Shown: positions 13,977 through 26,379 of the stretch, in pieces
How the letters are laid out: every line of letters begins with the position of its first letter
How positions within the stretch are numbered: position 1 is the first letter of the stretch
NCBI GenBank assembly: GCA_000182565.2
Contig: KQ257459.1
Source of the DNA: Spizellomyces punctatus DAOM BR117
Lineage: Eukaryota
DNA length: 64,000 nucleotides
Reading direction: 5' to 3' (one strand)
Made by a program: the position numbers and the translations under genes
Notes under the pieces: model-generated
Seen by the model: only the letters and a program-made list of their open reading frames with translations
Database searches by the model: none
What the model was told of the DNA's origin: nothing

Positions 13977-16900
13977 ATGACTTCAAGCAATCTGGATGAC
14001 GCGGTGTATGCGAGCAACGTCACAGATAAACGCTCGCTGCCCCAAAGCTCACAAGAATCAAAAGAAACCGAAAACCCTGCTCAACATTTGGGCCCATCAA
14101 GAAGAGCAAAACCTAGAAAGTTCGGGTATTTGACGCTGGACGTCGGTACACCTCTTTGGGACGCCTTGCCACCTTCATTACTCGCTCGATTAGATGCACA
14201 GATGACGGAGGATGGCACAGACCACGATGAGATCAGACCGCTCTCTTTGGCTGAAAAACAAAAGTCTGCAGAATTCCGGGCAAGGTCCATTTCGACACCG
14301 GATTTGGTGGGAACAAGGCCAGGGCCAGCCAGAGATAGAGCAGCAAGTCATGGGATGAGCGGGGGAATGTCTCAGGTCCGTACTGGTGCAGGTTCTGGAG
14401 TTAATAGACGACTGAGGTCAAGGTCAGCTCCATCAACCAACGTCCTGGATGTCATGGCCGCAGCCCGCGAGGGCGCGTCGACATTACATGAAAGACAAGC
14501 ACATGATGCAAACGGGGGCCTAACTACTACCTATTCACCGCAACTACCCTCACTGCCCGTATCTATTACGTCGCAAAGCGTTCCAGTGCCTAGTTCCCTT
14601 CCATCACCACCTGCCGCTGGTAATCCACCATCAGAGCCCTCCACGATCGTAACAGCCCAAGATTTGCCCGCACCCACTACTGATCCAGTATCGCTTCCCA
14701 AATCACCTCGACCTGAACCCCCATCCATTGATACCAAGCTTGCCGTCACCGCTCCGTCAGCAATGCCGTTATCAGCTGATGCTCAAGTCCGAGCAGAAAA
14801 ATCATGGGACTTGGATATACCAACGGTTCAACAGCAGATCATGTCACGTCCAAGTTTCAATTTGCAAAGAGATACACCAAGTATGGGACGACCTGCAATG
14901 GATCACGGTCATTTGACAGATGACGAGGAGTATTACGAAAAGCCAGGAAAACAGTCTTTTTGGGCCGGATTTCGGGTGAGTTTACTGTTTGATTAGCAAC
15001 TCTTCTTGATCACGTTTTGGCGCATAAGCAGTGGTTAAAGTGGTTTAATGGATGCAGCGATCGTTCAGCGCAAATCTTGCAAAGCTACGAAATTCAAAAA
15101 GTGGCGTGGAATTTCCACAGCATCCACCTGCTGGTTCGGTCGGATCGGATTATCATTCAGGCCAAGGGGACCCGTCTGGCCAGGGTCCTGGCCTTCCCGG
15201 AAAACATGAGGTATGGTAGCTTTTCTAATTCACCAGTGATAGCCATACGTCTTAGATTCTTGGCACGCCTAGGGTATTAGCAGGTCAATATCGGACAATA
15301 GCATGCCGAGATATTCTCCATCAAAACCCCTTCCAGAACTTCCAAGTGTACCGGAACAGCCTAATTCTGTTACTCACGCACGAACATCACACAAGCCAAA
15401 CTCACCATCTTCTCATGGCCATTCGTCGAATGGCTTACCCCAAGCACAACCTATCAAATCATTAGAGTATCGGCGCGGGCGCTCAAACTCAGCAGCAGCA
15501 GCATTACCCCCTTCACCGTATGCGGAGGCCATTGCAGGTCATTCCTCATCTCATCCTGCACGAGTATATCCAATACAAATGACTGGCGGCGACGATGCTG
15601 AGCAAATTGCTCTGCTTATTCGCAAGCACAAGGAAGCCAATGTAGATAGACTGACTGGGTCAATGTCAATACCACGACGAAGTAGTTCGTATGTTCCCAA
15701 GGGAACTATGGAGGGGAAGGCAGGAACTTCCTCATCATCATCAACTGGGGAGATGGGGGTTTCAAATGACGCTTCTCGGCGAACTAGAGTCGATTCGAGT
15801 GAGGAGGAAAAGGCGGGAGGATCCGCTGTATCGAAACAGTCGAAGAAGAGTTCTCGTGAAAGACAAAAGTCAACCATGGGGGAGCAAGACGCTTCATACG
15901 GGACAGAAGCTCTGAGCCAGGAGGTTGAACCATTATCGTCACCCGATGTGGTAGTTACACACTATGATGGTGAGCCGTCACTGATGATGCCGAGCGAAGG
16001 CTTGACGAACGCAGGGGAGAAGTCGCTCGAATACCCATCGCCGGCGCAGCTGACCGACACATCCCTAGTCGATAGCCCAAGAACGCATGTTTCAACAGAT
16101 TCGTCGCCTTCAAAACGATATCGTGACATGGACCCAGAACTCGTCGGCAGACTACTCTTTGAGGATGCTTTGCCGGAGATACCATTGGAGAAGGTGTCGG
16201 AGATTATAGGAAAACCGTAAGTTTCATTACAGTCTCTATCTGCGATGCTTTTAACAACCAATTCAATCGCATATCAGGGATGACTATCACAAAGCGGCAT
16301 TGCAAAGTTTCATCCAATGCTTTGACTTTACTGATCAGGATGTGGATGAGGGCTTCCGGTTAGTAGCTCGATAATTGCGGTATTCTGGGAAACTGTGCTG
16401 AAATTTGGAGTATGCTCGTCAATTATAGGGCTTTTGCAAACCACTTGTTTGTCACGGGAGAGAGCCAAGTTATCAACCGGATTCTTACCGCGTACGCGCA
16501 GCGATACTGGACATGTAATCCGCGACTTCATTCACTTTACCCTAACTATGGTACGTGGACTTCGCCTCCGCAGATGATCCATGTTGGCAATGTTGGCAAT
16601 ATTCTGACAGACCACAAATCCAGCACTGGTGGATAGCATAATGGCATCTCTAATGATGCTCAATACCGATCTTCATCGTGCCAACATTGGAGCTCGTAGT
16701 AGTCAGAAGATTACAAAGAAGCAATGGGTGAATATGGTCTTGGAAGGCCTGACTGCTCAGGTCAAGGAACATGGTGCGATGAATGGCGAGGAAGGACGAG
16801 ATGCTCTGAAAAAGTGGACGAAGGCAATGGATGTGCATCTTCGGGTATGATACTTGAAACAAGATCACTTTGGATGGCCCGTAACCACATATATTGATTT

Positions 16901-19293
16901 TCGTTTCTTGTAGCGGATTTATGATCGAACCGCGAAACAGCCATTACCACAGCGAGAGATACCAAAACCTGCCAGTGACATTTCACCCGTAGATCATCTC
17001 GACAGCGCTCTTTCTTCGCCAGAGGGCACCCCGACATCCCCCACGTCCCCTATCTTATCCCGATTACGGCGTGATGAGTCTTCTCTATCTCTGGCATCAA
17101 CCATGTCCACAGGCACAATGTTTTCCGTCTCAGAAAAACGAAAGGGAACGATCAGCTCATTTATGCTGAGGAGGAAAGGGGATCGAGGTGATATCCGACA
17201 CGTCTTTTCAAATGACAGCATAGGCCCGCAACAACCTCTTGCGCTTAGTTTGGATTCCCAGCTGAATCTTGCAGCTGGGGTTTCCGGGTCAACACCTCCA
17301 TCCTTGGGCAGGCACTCGACCACAGGCGCAATGTCTCAACCACGGAGCAGCTCTAGCAGCTGGGGAGCTGGCAGTCCGTCCCCAGCACGCTCCTCACCTG
17401 TAACGGATATTCAGTTAGAAGGGCAACTGATACGAAAGCACCTAAAGGAAAGGGATGAGGTGAAAGCCAAGCACCGGAAATGGATCAAATTGCATTGCGT
17501 GTTGCAGCTTGATGTCCAAGCGGGCACACTCGAGCTTTGCATGTATAAATTGGAAAGAAACACGGAGAAAGACAATGCCGGGTTTGTGGCCGGAGGTATG
17601 GAAGGGGAGTCGTTGCCGTTAAGAAGGGTCGCGACTGGGGACAGTACGGGGCCCAATACGTGGCTTGGCTCAGGTGGGGAACGGATCAGAGTCAGTTCGG
17701 ATAGTGCTATTCGAGGGGTGGTGAGTTTTTGGCCGTGCCTGTTACCGTGCTGAAAGTTATCAGTCGTGAAGAGAGTGTTAAATTTGTTGTCTTTGTCACA
17801 GCCTCGTCTCGCATCACAGCCACCACAGACGTTTAATTTGCTGCACTCGCTGGCAACTCCGCTTCCACCCCCTGGCTATTCTCAACAGCGACCGCATGTG
17901 TTTACTCTACGGTTGTTTGATGGCCAGATCTATCTTTTCCACGGTTTCAATGCTGAGGTCGTCCGAGAGTGGGTAAAGACCATTAATTTCTGGGCCGCAA
18001 GGAAAAGTAAGGAGCCTTTCCCAGGTAGCGGCGGAAATACAGAGTATGGGTGGGGGCCCATTGTATGGGAACGTGCTCAGCAACGACAGCAGGAACAGGA
18101 ATTGGAACATAGGGAGAGTGGAGAACGGAGCAGCGGGGAGGGAGTCTCTCCGTCCAGTCTCAGTCCACAGGTGGCTAGCCACAAGTATGCGTCCAGTATG
18201 AGGAGCTTCACGAGTGGGGGGAGCACGGAGAGTGGACGGAGTGTGGCAACCGTTCCAGGTGTAAGTGGATTCCATGGCGACGAACCGGTGACTACAGGGC
18301 GACGTCACAATCGGAGGGGAAGTAGAGACATTGATAGAAAGATGAAAAAGATGAAAATCAGTGAGTGGATGCCGCCCGTGCCGTTGGGTAAGGTCATGAG
18401 CACGGCAACTGAGGTGAGTGCTTAGTGTTCGCACTCGTGGTCGAAAGGGGTGGCCTGACCGGCTCTTTTTGGTGTATTCGTTCTGCAGGAAGCTCAGCTG
18501 GAAGTGTGGAGACGACAGCAGGACATTGTATCTCGGGATCTTGAAGAGCATTCTAGCTATCGGGATCCAATGGAAAAAATGGTATGTCTAGTGCCATATT
18601 TTTGGAATTGGTGGCTTGAACTTGCTTGACATTCTTGCCCGACAGTATGCTGGATATCCTGCTCTCAGACAGAAAGCCACAGCGAACTGGATGCGAAAAC
18701 AGCGTTGGTTGATGCGTGAATACGAAAAGTACGGAACCTACGCGCAAATGTTGCGGGATTGTGTTGATGAGCGAAGTGCGATGAACGTCTCGGCAGCCGC
18801 CGCTGTCAGTTCGTCGTCGGCTTCCCCTGTCCATGATCTCCCTGTTACTCCTGCTCAACCGTCCAGACGGCGGGCGAGTGTAGGGTCTACATCTTCAGAA
18901 TCTAGGAAAGCACGCGGTGCCGCATCTCCAAATGAAGCGCCTCAACCTAATTTAAGCGAAACTCGAGGCAAAGCAGGAAGTTTGGACATTATCCGCGAGG
19001 TGGGCGGTGACGATGGCGGCGTGTCGACAGAAACAAAGCCCCGCCCGAGAAGACACAGTTTGGGACGATTATTGGACTTTACGCCGCCCCTGATTTCACC
19101 GCGTGCATCAAGCGGCAGTGGTGGGGCAGACGACAGTGCCAGAGCCCAAGTGGAAATTGAATCAGAGAATGACGCGAGCCTTCCTCTGTCTCCGATTGGA
19201 GAAACTCGCGACACGTTATGGAGCAATGATTTTTCTAGGCAGAGTGAGGAGAGTTGGAGGACTGCGTTGACTGGGGCGGACAGTGAGGACTAG
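13977..19293 (+). CDS. Sec7- and PH-domain Arf guanine-nucleotide exchange factor (Syt1/Yel1/EFA6-like)
   Basis: Long low-complexity N-terminus. Sec7 motifs FDFTDQDVDEGFR, LFVTGESQVINRILTAYAQRY and SLMMLNTDLH. PH motifs EGQLIRKH..KAKHRKW and RPHVFTLRL..EWVKTINFWAARKSKEP. C-terminal helical YEKYGTY segment. Confidence 0.88.
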
Positions 19294-19699
19294 ACCTTTT
19301 TTTTGGAACAATGATTTTTGGGTTTAGTTGGCGAGCTTCAAGGTCACATGTGTATAATTCTTAGATTTTCCAATGACAGTTTTCTATTTGTTTGGCATTT
19401 GGTGGATGAAAGTGGATACTAAAGCTTTGCCTACATCATGCATTGTTGGGAGACTGTAGCGTCTGTTGAAGAAAATACCACCAGAGGATCTGGAGCAAAT
19501 GATGAATGGTGATCCACGTGACTGTAGGGCAAGCGATGACGCCCCCCCAAGCAAGCCGCTGAGTTGCAACGCCAGCATCCTCGCCATCTTGTCCATAGAC
19601 AGGCTCACTAGACGCCTTCCTTTTCAGCTTGAGGCCGTCTCGGGCAGCGAACCAGCACCTGTTGGTGTTTGTCTTGATCGTTGTGCGTAGTCCTTCAAG

Positions 19700-20939
19700 A
19701 TGTCAACCAGGACGGAGCGCATGTCCGATAAGGCTCAAAACGAGCGGAATGCCAAGCTTCTCAAAGAATTGATGGCTCGAGCAGACAATCGTCGCTGTGC
19801 AGACTGCCGTAAAAAGGATCCTCGATGGGCTTCGTGGAATTTGGGCGTGTTCGTTTGCATTAGATGTAGCGGGCACCATAGGTCCTTGGGAACGCACATC
19901 TCTAAAGGTAAGTTGCTTATCTGGGCGGATTCCACTTGGAGAAAGGATGGCAGCAGAGGCTAAACACCATTCGTTATGTTTTAGTTAAATCTGCGGATCT
20001 TGATTCTTGGACGGAAGAGCAGGTTCTCAATATGGCCAAGTGGGGTAATGCTAAAGCAAAGTAAGCAAGCACGGGCTGTGGACTGTACATTTCACGTATC
20101 TGATGGTACTCACAATGCTCTTTGGAAATAGTCAATATTGGGAACATGATTTGCCTTCAAACTTTACGCCTCCCGAAAGCAACATTGATCATTTCATTCG
20201 GTCAAAGTATGAAAGAAAGCAATATGCTATGAAGGGACCGGTTCCGGACCCGGAGACGTTGAAGCTTCCGGATGGCGTTTCTACCACCCCTGCTAGTGCA
20301 GCTACACAGCCCAAACCAGTCGCTGTTTCCGCCGCTCCAGCCGCTCAAGCTCAGTTTGCAAATTTTGCAGCTGCCCCGGCTGCCCCAGCTGCCTCGACAC
20401 CGGCCCCATCTGCTGCACAACAGTTGTTTGATGCTTTCCAGTCACCACCACCACAGCAGCAACCGCAGGCTCAACAGCAACCGTCTCAAGGAGATTTGAA
20501 GAACTCTATTCTCTCACTGTACGGTAATGCTGGATCGTCGGCACCAAGTAACCCTGCGAACATCTCAGCGGTTCCCGGATTTGGTAATTTCGGTGCATTT
20601 CCACCACAACCCCAGCCAGGAGGATTCGGTGCGTTGACATCACCACAACCGGTATCCAACACTTTTGCTGGCTTTCCGCCCTCCAATACTGGTTTAATGT
20701 CACCAGCTTTTGCAAGCGGCTTCACCAGTGCACCAGTTCCGTCTCAGTCGCCACCTCAGAATCAACCCCTTGGTGCCCAATTTTTTGGGGCTAGTCCCGT
20801 ACAGAAACAGCCTAGTACCATGGGAGGGATACCGGATTTTGCGGGATTTAGCTCAGCAGCTGCTGGACAAGGAGCGCACAACCAAGGGCAAGCCAACCCT
20901 TTGGGGCCTACGTCCGACGATTGGGGCGCTTTCCAGTAG
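19700..20939 (+). CDS. ArfGAP, SMAP/Age2 type
   Basis: CADC-x16-CIRC zinc finger, [30 protein letters not shown] and a P/Q/F-rich tail ending DDWGAFQ*. Confidence 0.93.
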
Positions 20940-21190
20940 TATCTAGCGGCAGTTGTTGGGCTTTGGTGTTGTGACCAACGTTGATCTGTCATGCACAATA
21001 GATGACAGATACCGATTTGCGTGCAGTGTTGATACACTTGTCACTACTTTGCTTTGAGTAGCTCTTGCACCTACGGCCTGAACATTATCTACAACGTGAC
21101 TTTCACATTTCTATTAACTGTTAATAAACTCATTAAGTACTAATTAGAAACAAGAGCATGCAGTGAATGCATGTGATTAGGATGATGCTA

Positions 21191-22580
21191 TCAACAAATA
21201 ATGTTAATATAATCCGCTCGCTCGTCCCGAAGCCATTCCAGCCCAGGCTCGCGATGCTTAAGGTGGTTTGACGCTATTGTAGACAGGTAAGAGCTAGTCC
21301 AGATGCAGCATACAAGGTTATTCAGTTTACCTGGTTCTCCTGATTTCTCGCGACTCTGTTCGTCCTCGCTAACTCTTTGATCATTTGTGTCATCATCATC
21401 ACCGCACTCATGGGCAGCGCGAAGAACAAAGCAGGACGAGCAGGCGTGACAGCGAAGGTCGATTTCATGTACTTTTGTTCCATTAATTGTCAACGTTTTC
21501 ACTCCGCACACTATGAAAAGTAATGAGAAATTTGTGGTTGATCTTGGGGCGTTACTTATTCAACCCTCGGTGAATGCGCATACCTATCATGTCACAAGTA
21601 TTGTGCTGAGATAGCTGGGTATGACTTTTCTCAACGGTATCCAATGATGTATCTTCCCCAGCTGCTTTCTGATCTTTCGCTTCATCACTTGTCTCAACTT
21701 TGTCTTCGCTCTGCTCTGTCTCATTGGCGCCCCCAACGGCCGTAACCCAACCGCCACCATGTGCGTCCTTTAGAAACGATAGATTATGGGGATCAAACGA
21801 CCCACGAAACGACGTCCACCCGTTTTCACGCGCCATCTTTTCCCAGATGTTGCGGAGGGTTTTAACAGAGACTGGTGTTTCGGGTGTATCTTCAGTATGA
21901 CAACTTGAGTGCGTAGAAAAAGGTCGTAGATGTGGAGGTGCGGGAATAGCGAGATGGAGTGGAGTTGGAGGTTTGAGTTTGGGTGTTGCTGTAAAGGGCC
22001 GGCTGCGGTATGGTACGCTTGTCGGTGTTGGCGATGATGGAGTCGGTGAGGATGGCACTGTGGTATGTGCTTCAGAGGTCCGCAAGAAAGGATTGTTTGC
22101 TGCATCTCGTTGAGGAGAAGCGGGTACGACTTTCTCGGCACTAGGGGCCACGGGGTTTGAGATCGTTTTTGCCAGATCGGCATCTTCTTGCAAAGTGGCG
22201 ATAATCTCTGCCACCTTGCGTCGAGGTTGCTCGCTATTGGTTTCTGATTCTTTTGTTGTCGGTGAGACCGTTGCAGATGGTTTAGCAAATGTGTCGTTTG
22301 ACGTCGAATTGTTCTTCACAGTGCACTCTTCTGATTTCGGCACCTCTGCCCGGAGATTTACCCCAGGTAGACGCCCACCATCTTCACCAGGCGAAGCTTT
22401 CAAAGGGCTTTTAACGGGTGATGACGATGAGGACCAGTATAAAGGCCGATCGGGAGTCACTGGTCTAACGCCCGCATGCGTTTTGTCATCTGCGCTTAAG
22501 CGGGCAAATTTGGAGGCAAGCACCGAGACAGGCTGATAAACCTCTTCCTCTTCAATAGGCTCAATGGGAGCGCGCAACAT
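21191..22580 (-). CDS. Hypothetical Pro/Ser-rich disordered protein with a C-terminal Cys/His cluster
   Basis: 342-aa first exon. A GTATGC..CATAG intron joins it to VCGVKTLTINGTKVHEIDLRCHACSSCFVLRAAHECG; the frame stops at 21191. Confidence 0.6.
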
Positions 22581-24427
22581 AGTGAAGAGTTTCTGGAGAC
22601 TGATGGACGAAACTCTTAGTAGCAGCCAGTGAAAGCGACACGATCTGGTCTTAGTTGCGTTATTCCCCGATGTTACTAGTAATAGTCTAACTGGTGCACT
22701 TTTCGCATCAATACGCTTTTGCTCTGCCGGGCCTGACTTGATATTTCTTATGCACTAATATGCACTTGCCATCAATCAGCCGGTTATCAATGCAGTGCTG
22801 CGTTTCTATAGCATCGCTGCATCGTCCAACCATCTTGTTTGCCAGCACGCTCCGACAGGCTTACACTATCGACCTGCGCCCCAGTTGTGGGTGATTGCTT
22901 TACATAAGCCATCTGACTTCAGGACAAAACACCTATCAAGATAAAAATGCTACAGCCTCACTAGTAATACAGCATAACAGTACGGATTTAGTGAATCAGG
23001 CAAGAACGCCCAAAGGATCACGTTTGCGTGAAGCAGGGCCGGCTCTAAACGAGAGAATTGGCGATGTGTTCACAAGGATTAGGTTGCTGCTGCTGCGTGC
23101 TCGCATTATTCGCACGACTTCTGGCCATACCCACAGAATGCGACCTAAGGTAACTGAAGACTGTCAATGACTGGCATTTTTAATTCTAGCACATCCTGCA
23201 AAGCGACACTGTTCAAAGTCCGCCGGTGTGATCGAGGCGCTTTACGCGGATTTAGGACTCTGCTCTTGAAGTTATTCTTGCCAGTATCAGTTTCTTTTCC
23301 TATTCCACACTATACACCTGAATCCATGTCCAGTTCCGCTGGTCACATTTCTCAGTTCAGCTTCACTGCCATATGCCTTTCAGATGTCAAATAAAATAAA
23401 ATCGTCCCTAAAGTCAAGGCATGGGGATTAGCTCCTCTACCTGCTTTACCCTAACCTCAAACCTGAAACGTAGGAATCCTCCAACTGCTAGATGACGGTG
23501 AGGCAATGCTTAATGCGCCTGCAGGATAACGATCCAACTTTCATGGCGAGCTGTATGGTTGCATTGTTCAGCCTTCCGATATGCACAAGTTCGGAAGTTC
23601 GGACTGGCGGATAATCCTCATTCGTATAAGACAGCATATCCATCAAAGAAGGCATCCAGTACAATATCATGCGGGCGCTCGCGTCTGGGAGCCTCCGAGA
23701 CATCCTCATTATCCCTGATCCCCTTCTATCACCAGGGACCATATCTCGCGAGGATGGGGCAGGACCCACTTGTTGGGGAGTTATCACAATTATCGTCCGA
23801 ACCTTATCTCAAGTAGCACCTACTCAGACACCTCTACGCTTTTAAAGGTGACAGGAATGATGTGGATCGGCGAATGGCTTGAAAGAGTTTACGTAAATCG
23901 CGGGAATTGTGGGGCCAACAACACTCGTTATACGCCCAGAGAAGATATTTTTCACGTCCATGCTCATATTCTGGTGTATCAAGACATGGTTGACTTGATA
24001 GCTTTATGACATTCGGACTTTGTTAACATCAGCTCCCCTCGTTCGCATTTTGCGGACGATCTTCTGGAGCTCATAAGGGAGCTAGAGATCAAAGCAAACT
24101 ACCGTTGGTTGTGAAAATGTTCAGTTTCCTATCAATTTTCCATGGCCTTATTCATATAATCATCATGCCGCTGTAATTCATTCTTGCTGCGTTATTCCAT
24201 CAGTACCACCCATCGCCTGAGTATTTTTGGTTCTATTACGACCTGCATCTGAAAGGGTCGGGCTGGTATACGTGCAGTCCATTTGCCATTGGAAGATTTG
24301 ATGAAAAAAAGTGTGAAGCCGTGTACTGGACATGGTGAAGAGACGTGATTACATCAGCTTAATAAGGCCCATTCTAGAGCACCCAGTTCCGCGCTTCCTC
24401 TTGTCCGATCTGCATTTCGTTTGCAAC

Positions 24428-25015
24428 ATGCCACGGCGAACCACAGCCTTATACTTTGCAATAGGGGCGACTATAGGCGTAGTCGCAAACCATTACCGTC
24501 ACATACGCTCAGTGCCAAATCCTCCTGATAACTTCCGCTCGCTTGTCACAGCCGGTTCAACATGGGGTCTTTATCACAGGCGATTGGATCGTCCGATAGT
24601 CCTCTCTCCTGAACCCACAACAAGCGCACTTCACAGCTCAGATTCCTCCCCATCACCAAATACTTCGTTGAATTTGCTTGTCAAATCGATATTGACATCC
24701 ACTCCATATAAGCTCGAACTCGCGCTTTCCTCCCCATCTGAATCGTCGTCCGAATTTGATCTTTGTACCGGAAGCAAAATTGGGTACCTATCTTTGGAAT
24801 CTCTACCCAGCAGCAACGAGGCTATTTTCCATTATGAGTATCCAGGTATTGATTTTAGGATGTATATATCAACTCCAACGCCTCGGGATATCTTGCTGGG
24901 ATTTGTCGACTACAGTGGAAGTTTAACCCAGGATGTCGGGTCCAGAGTGTACACGCGCATGCTGTGCGAATCTGCAGCCAGAATGTTGGAAAAGGGAGTA
25001 TGGGATTCGGAGTGA
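24428..25015 (+). CDS. Hypothetical intronless protein, possibly mitochondrial
   Basis: About 195-aa ORF starting MPRRTTALYFAIGATIGVVANHYRHIR (basic/hydrophobic, no acidic residues) and ending RVYTRMLCESAARMLEKGVWDSE*. Confidence 0.6.
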   Translation: MPRRTTALYFAIGATIGVVANHYRHIRSVPNPPDNFRSLVTAGSTWGLYHRRLDRPIVLSPEPTTSALHSSDSSPSPNTSLNLLVKSILTSTPYKLELALSSPSESSSEFDLCTGSKIGYLSLESLPSSNEAIFHYEYPGIDFRMYISTPTPRDILLGFVDYSGSLTQDVGSRVYTRMLCESAARMLEKGVWDSE

Positions 25016-25226
25016 CACCGCCCTCTCATAGTATGATAGTTACCTGGTAGATCTGGATGACTTTCTCATACTGTACATATAATGCAAGGCGTCAGAAAGA
25101 TGCACGATTGAGTCATGATATACTATTACGAAAAGTGGTATGAAAATCTTGTAGTATTTGTAACTTCCCGATCCGGGCCGGTATTATGCCCTCCAATACT
25201 CTCAAGGGCGTCATGAAATGCACAAT

Positions 25227-26379
25227 TTACAGTTTTGCCCTTAGGCGTCTCGGATCCGAAACGGCAGCAGCAATCTGGAAACATTCCAACGCTTCCTCCA
25301 TCACTCTCTCCACCACCAATTTAGCAGGCCAAATACCTTTAATTAATCCAACGCCTTGACCGGCTCCCACATGGGCAACGTTAAAATCGCCTGACTGTAA
25401 TGCTTGCTCATATTTGCTCTTCCATTCCTCAACTGGTGTTCCCGATTGAATTGATTCGGTCACATCGTTGCAGAGAACACGGAATGCGTAAGCAGAGGGC
25501 CATGCAGAGTAGCCTCGTAGGACGTCAAAGGCCGTGGTGCGCACAGTGGAACGGCCGCCATCGCGGGAAGCGACCAGGCAATCCTTCGCATTTGGGTGCA
25601 TGGCACTCTCCGGGGTGGCGCAGAACCGGGTACCGATGACGATACCACTGGCTCCTAGCATAAGAGCGGCTAAAGGATAATAAATATCAAGTAGAGCGAA
25701 CACAACATGCCTTTGCATACCAGCTAAATGCCGTCCGTCAGTAACACCACCTGCGGCGACGACAGGAACGCGATCTCCAACCGCATCGTTGATCTCAGGT
25801 ACCAAGCAAAAAGTTGAAGCGTTCACCTTGGCGCCGTGTCCACCAGCTTCAGAACCTTGTGCTACAATAATATCAACCCCATACATTTCCACGGCCTCCA
25901 GGGCCTCTTCAACGGTTTGTACTTGGGCAATAACCTTGGTGTCCGGGGATCGCTCCCTGATCGTTTCGAGGAACTGACCATAGTTACCAAACTGAAAATG
26001 CAGCACGCGAGAGAAAGGATCACTCAGATTCCCGATGGGTAGCTTCTGTGTTCTGCTATGCGTCACTTACCGAGAACCAGAGTGCTGTTGGCTTCCATTC
26101 CAATGCCGCTTCCAGCAGGGCCGGATGCTTTTCTAACCACCACGTAATAAAGCCGATGCCCAACGCTCCGCCAGATTCTGGCTTGTAAGCTTGACTTGCT
26201 TGGCGCATCTGGTTGTGAATCCACTGTGGATCCGTCGCATAGCCAACGCCTAACAGACCTAGACTGCCCGTATTTGCGACAGCCGAGATGAGGGCAGCAT
26301 GCGAGACGCCAGCCATGGGCGCCAGCACAATTGGGTTGGTTATGCCTAGGATAGACGTCAATTCCGTACGGAGGACCAT
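25227..26379 (-). CDS. Nitronate monooxygenase (2-nitropropane dioxygenase family), with C-terminal PTS1 (AKL)
   Basis: Motifs PIVLAPMAGVS, VAQGSEAGGHG, PVVAAGGVTDGR, GTRFCATPES and AGQGVGLI; ends RRLRAKL*. Confidence 0.93.
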
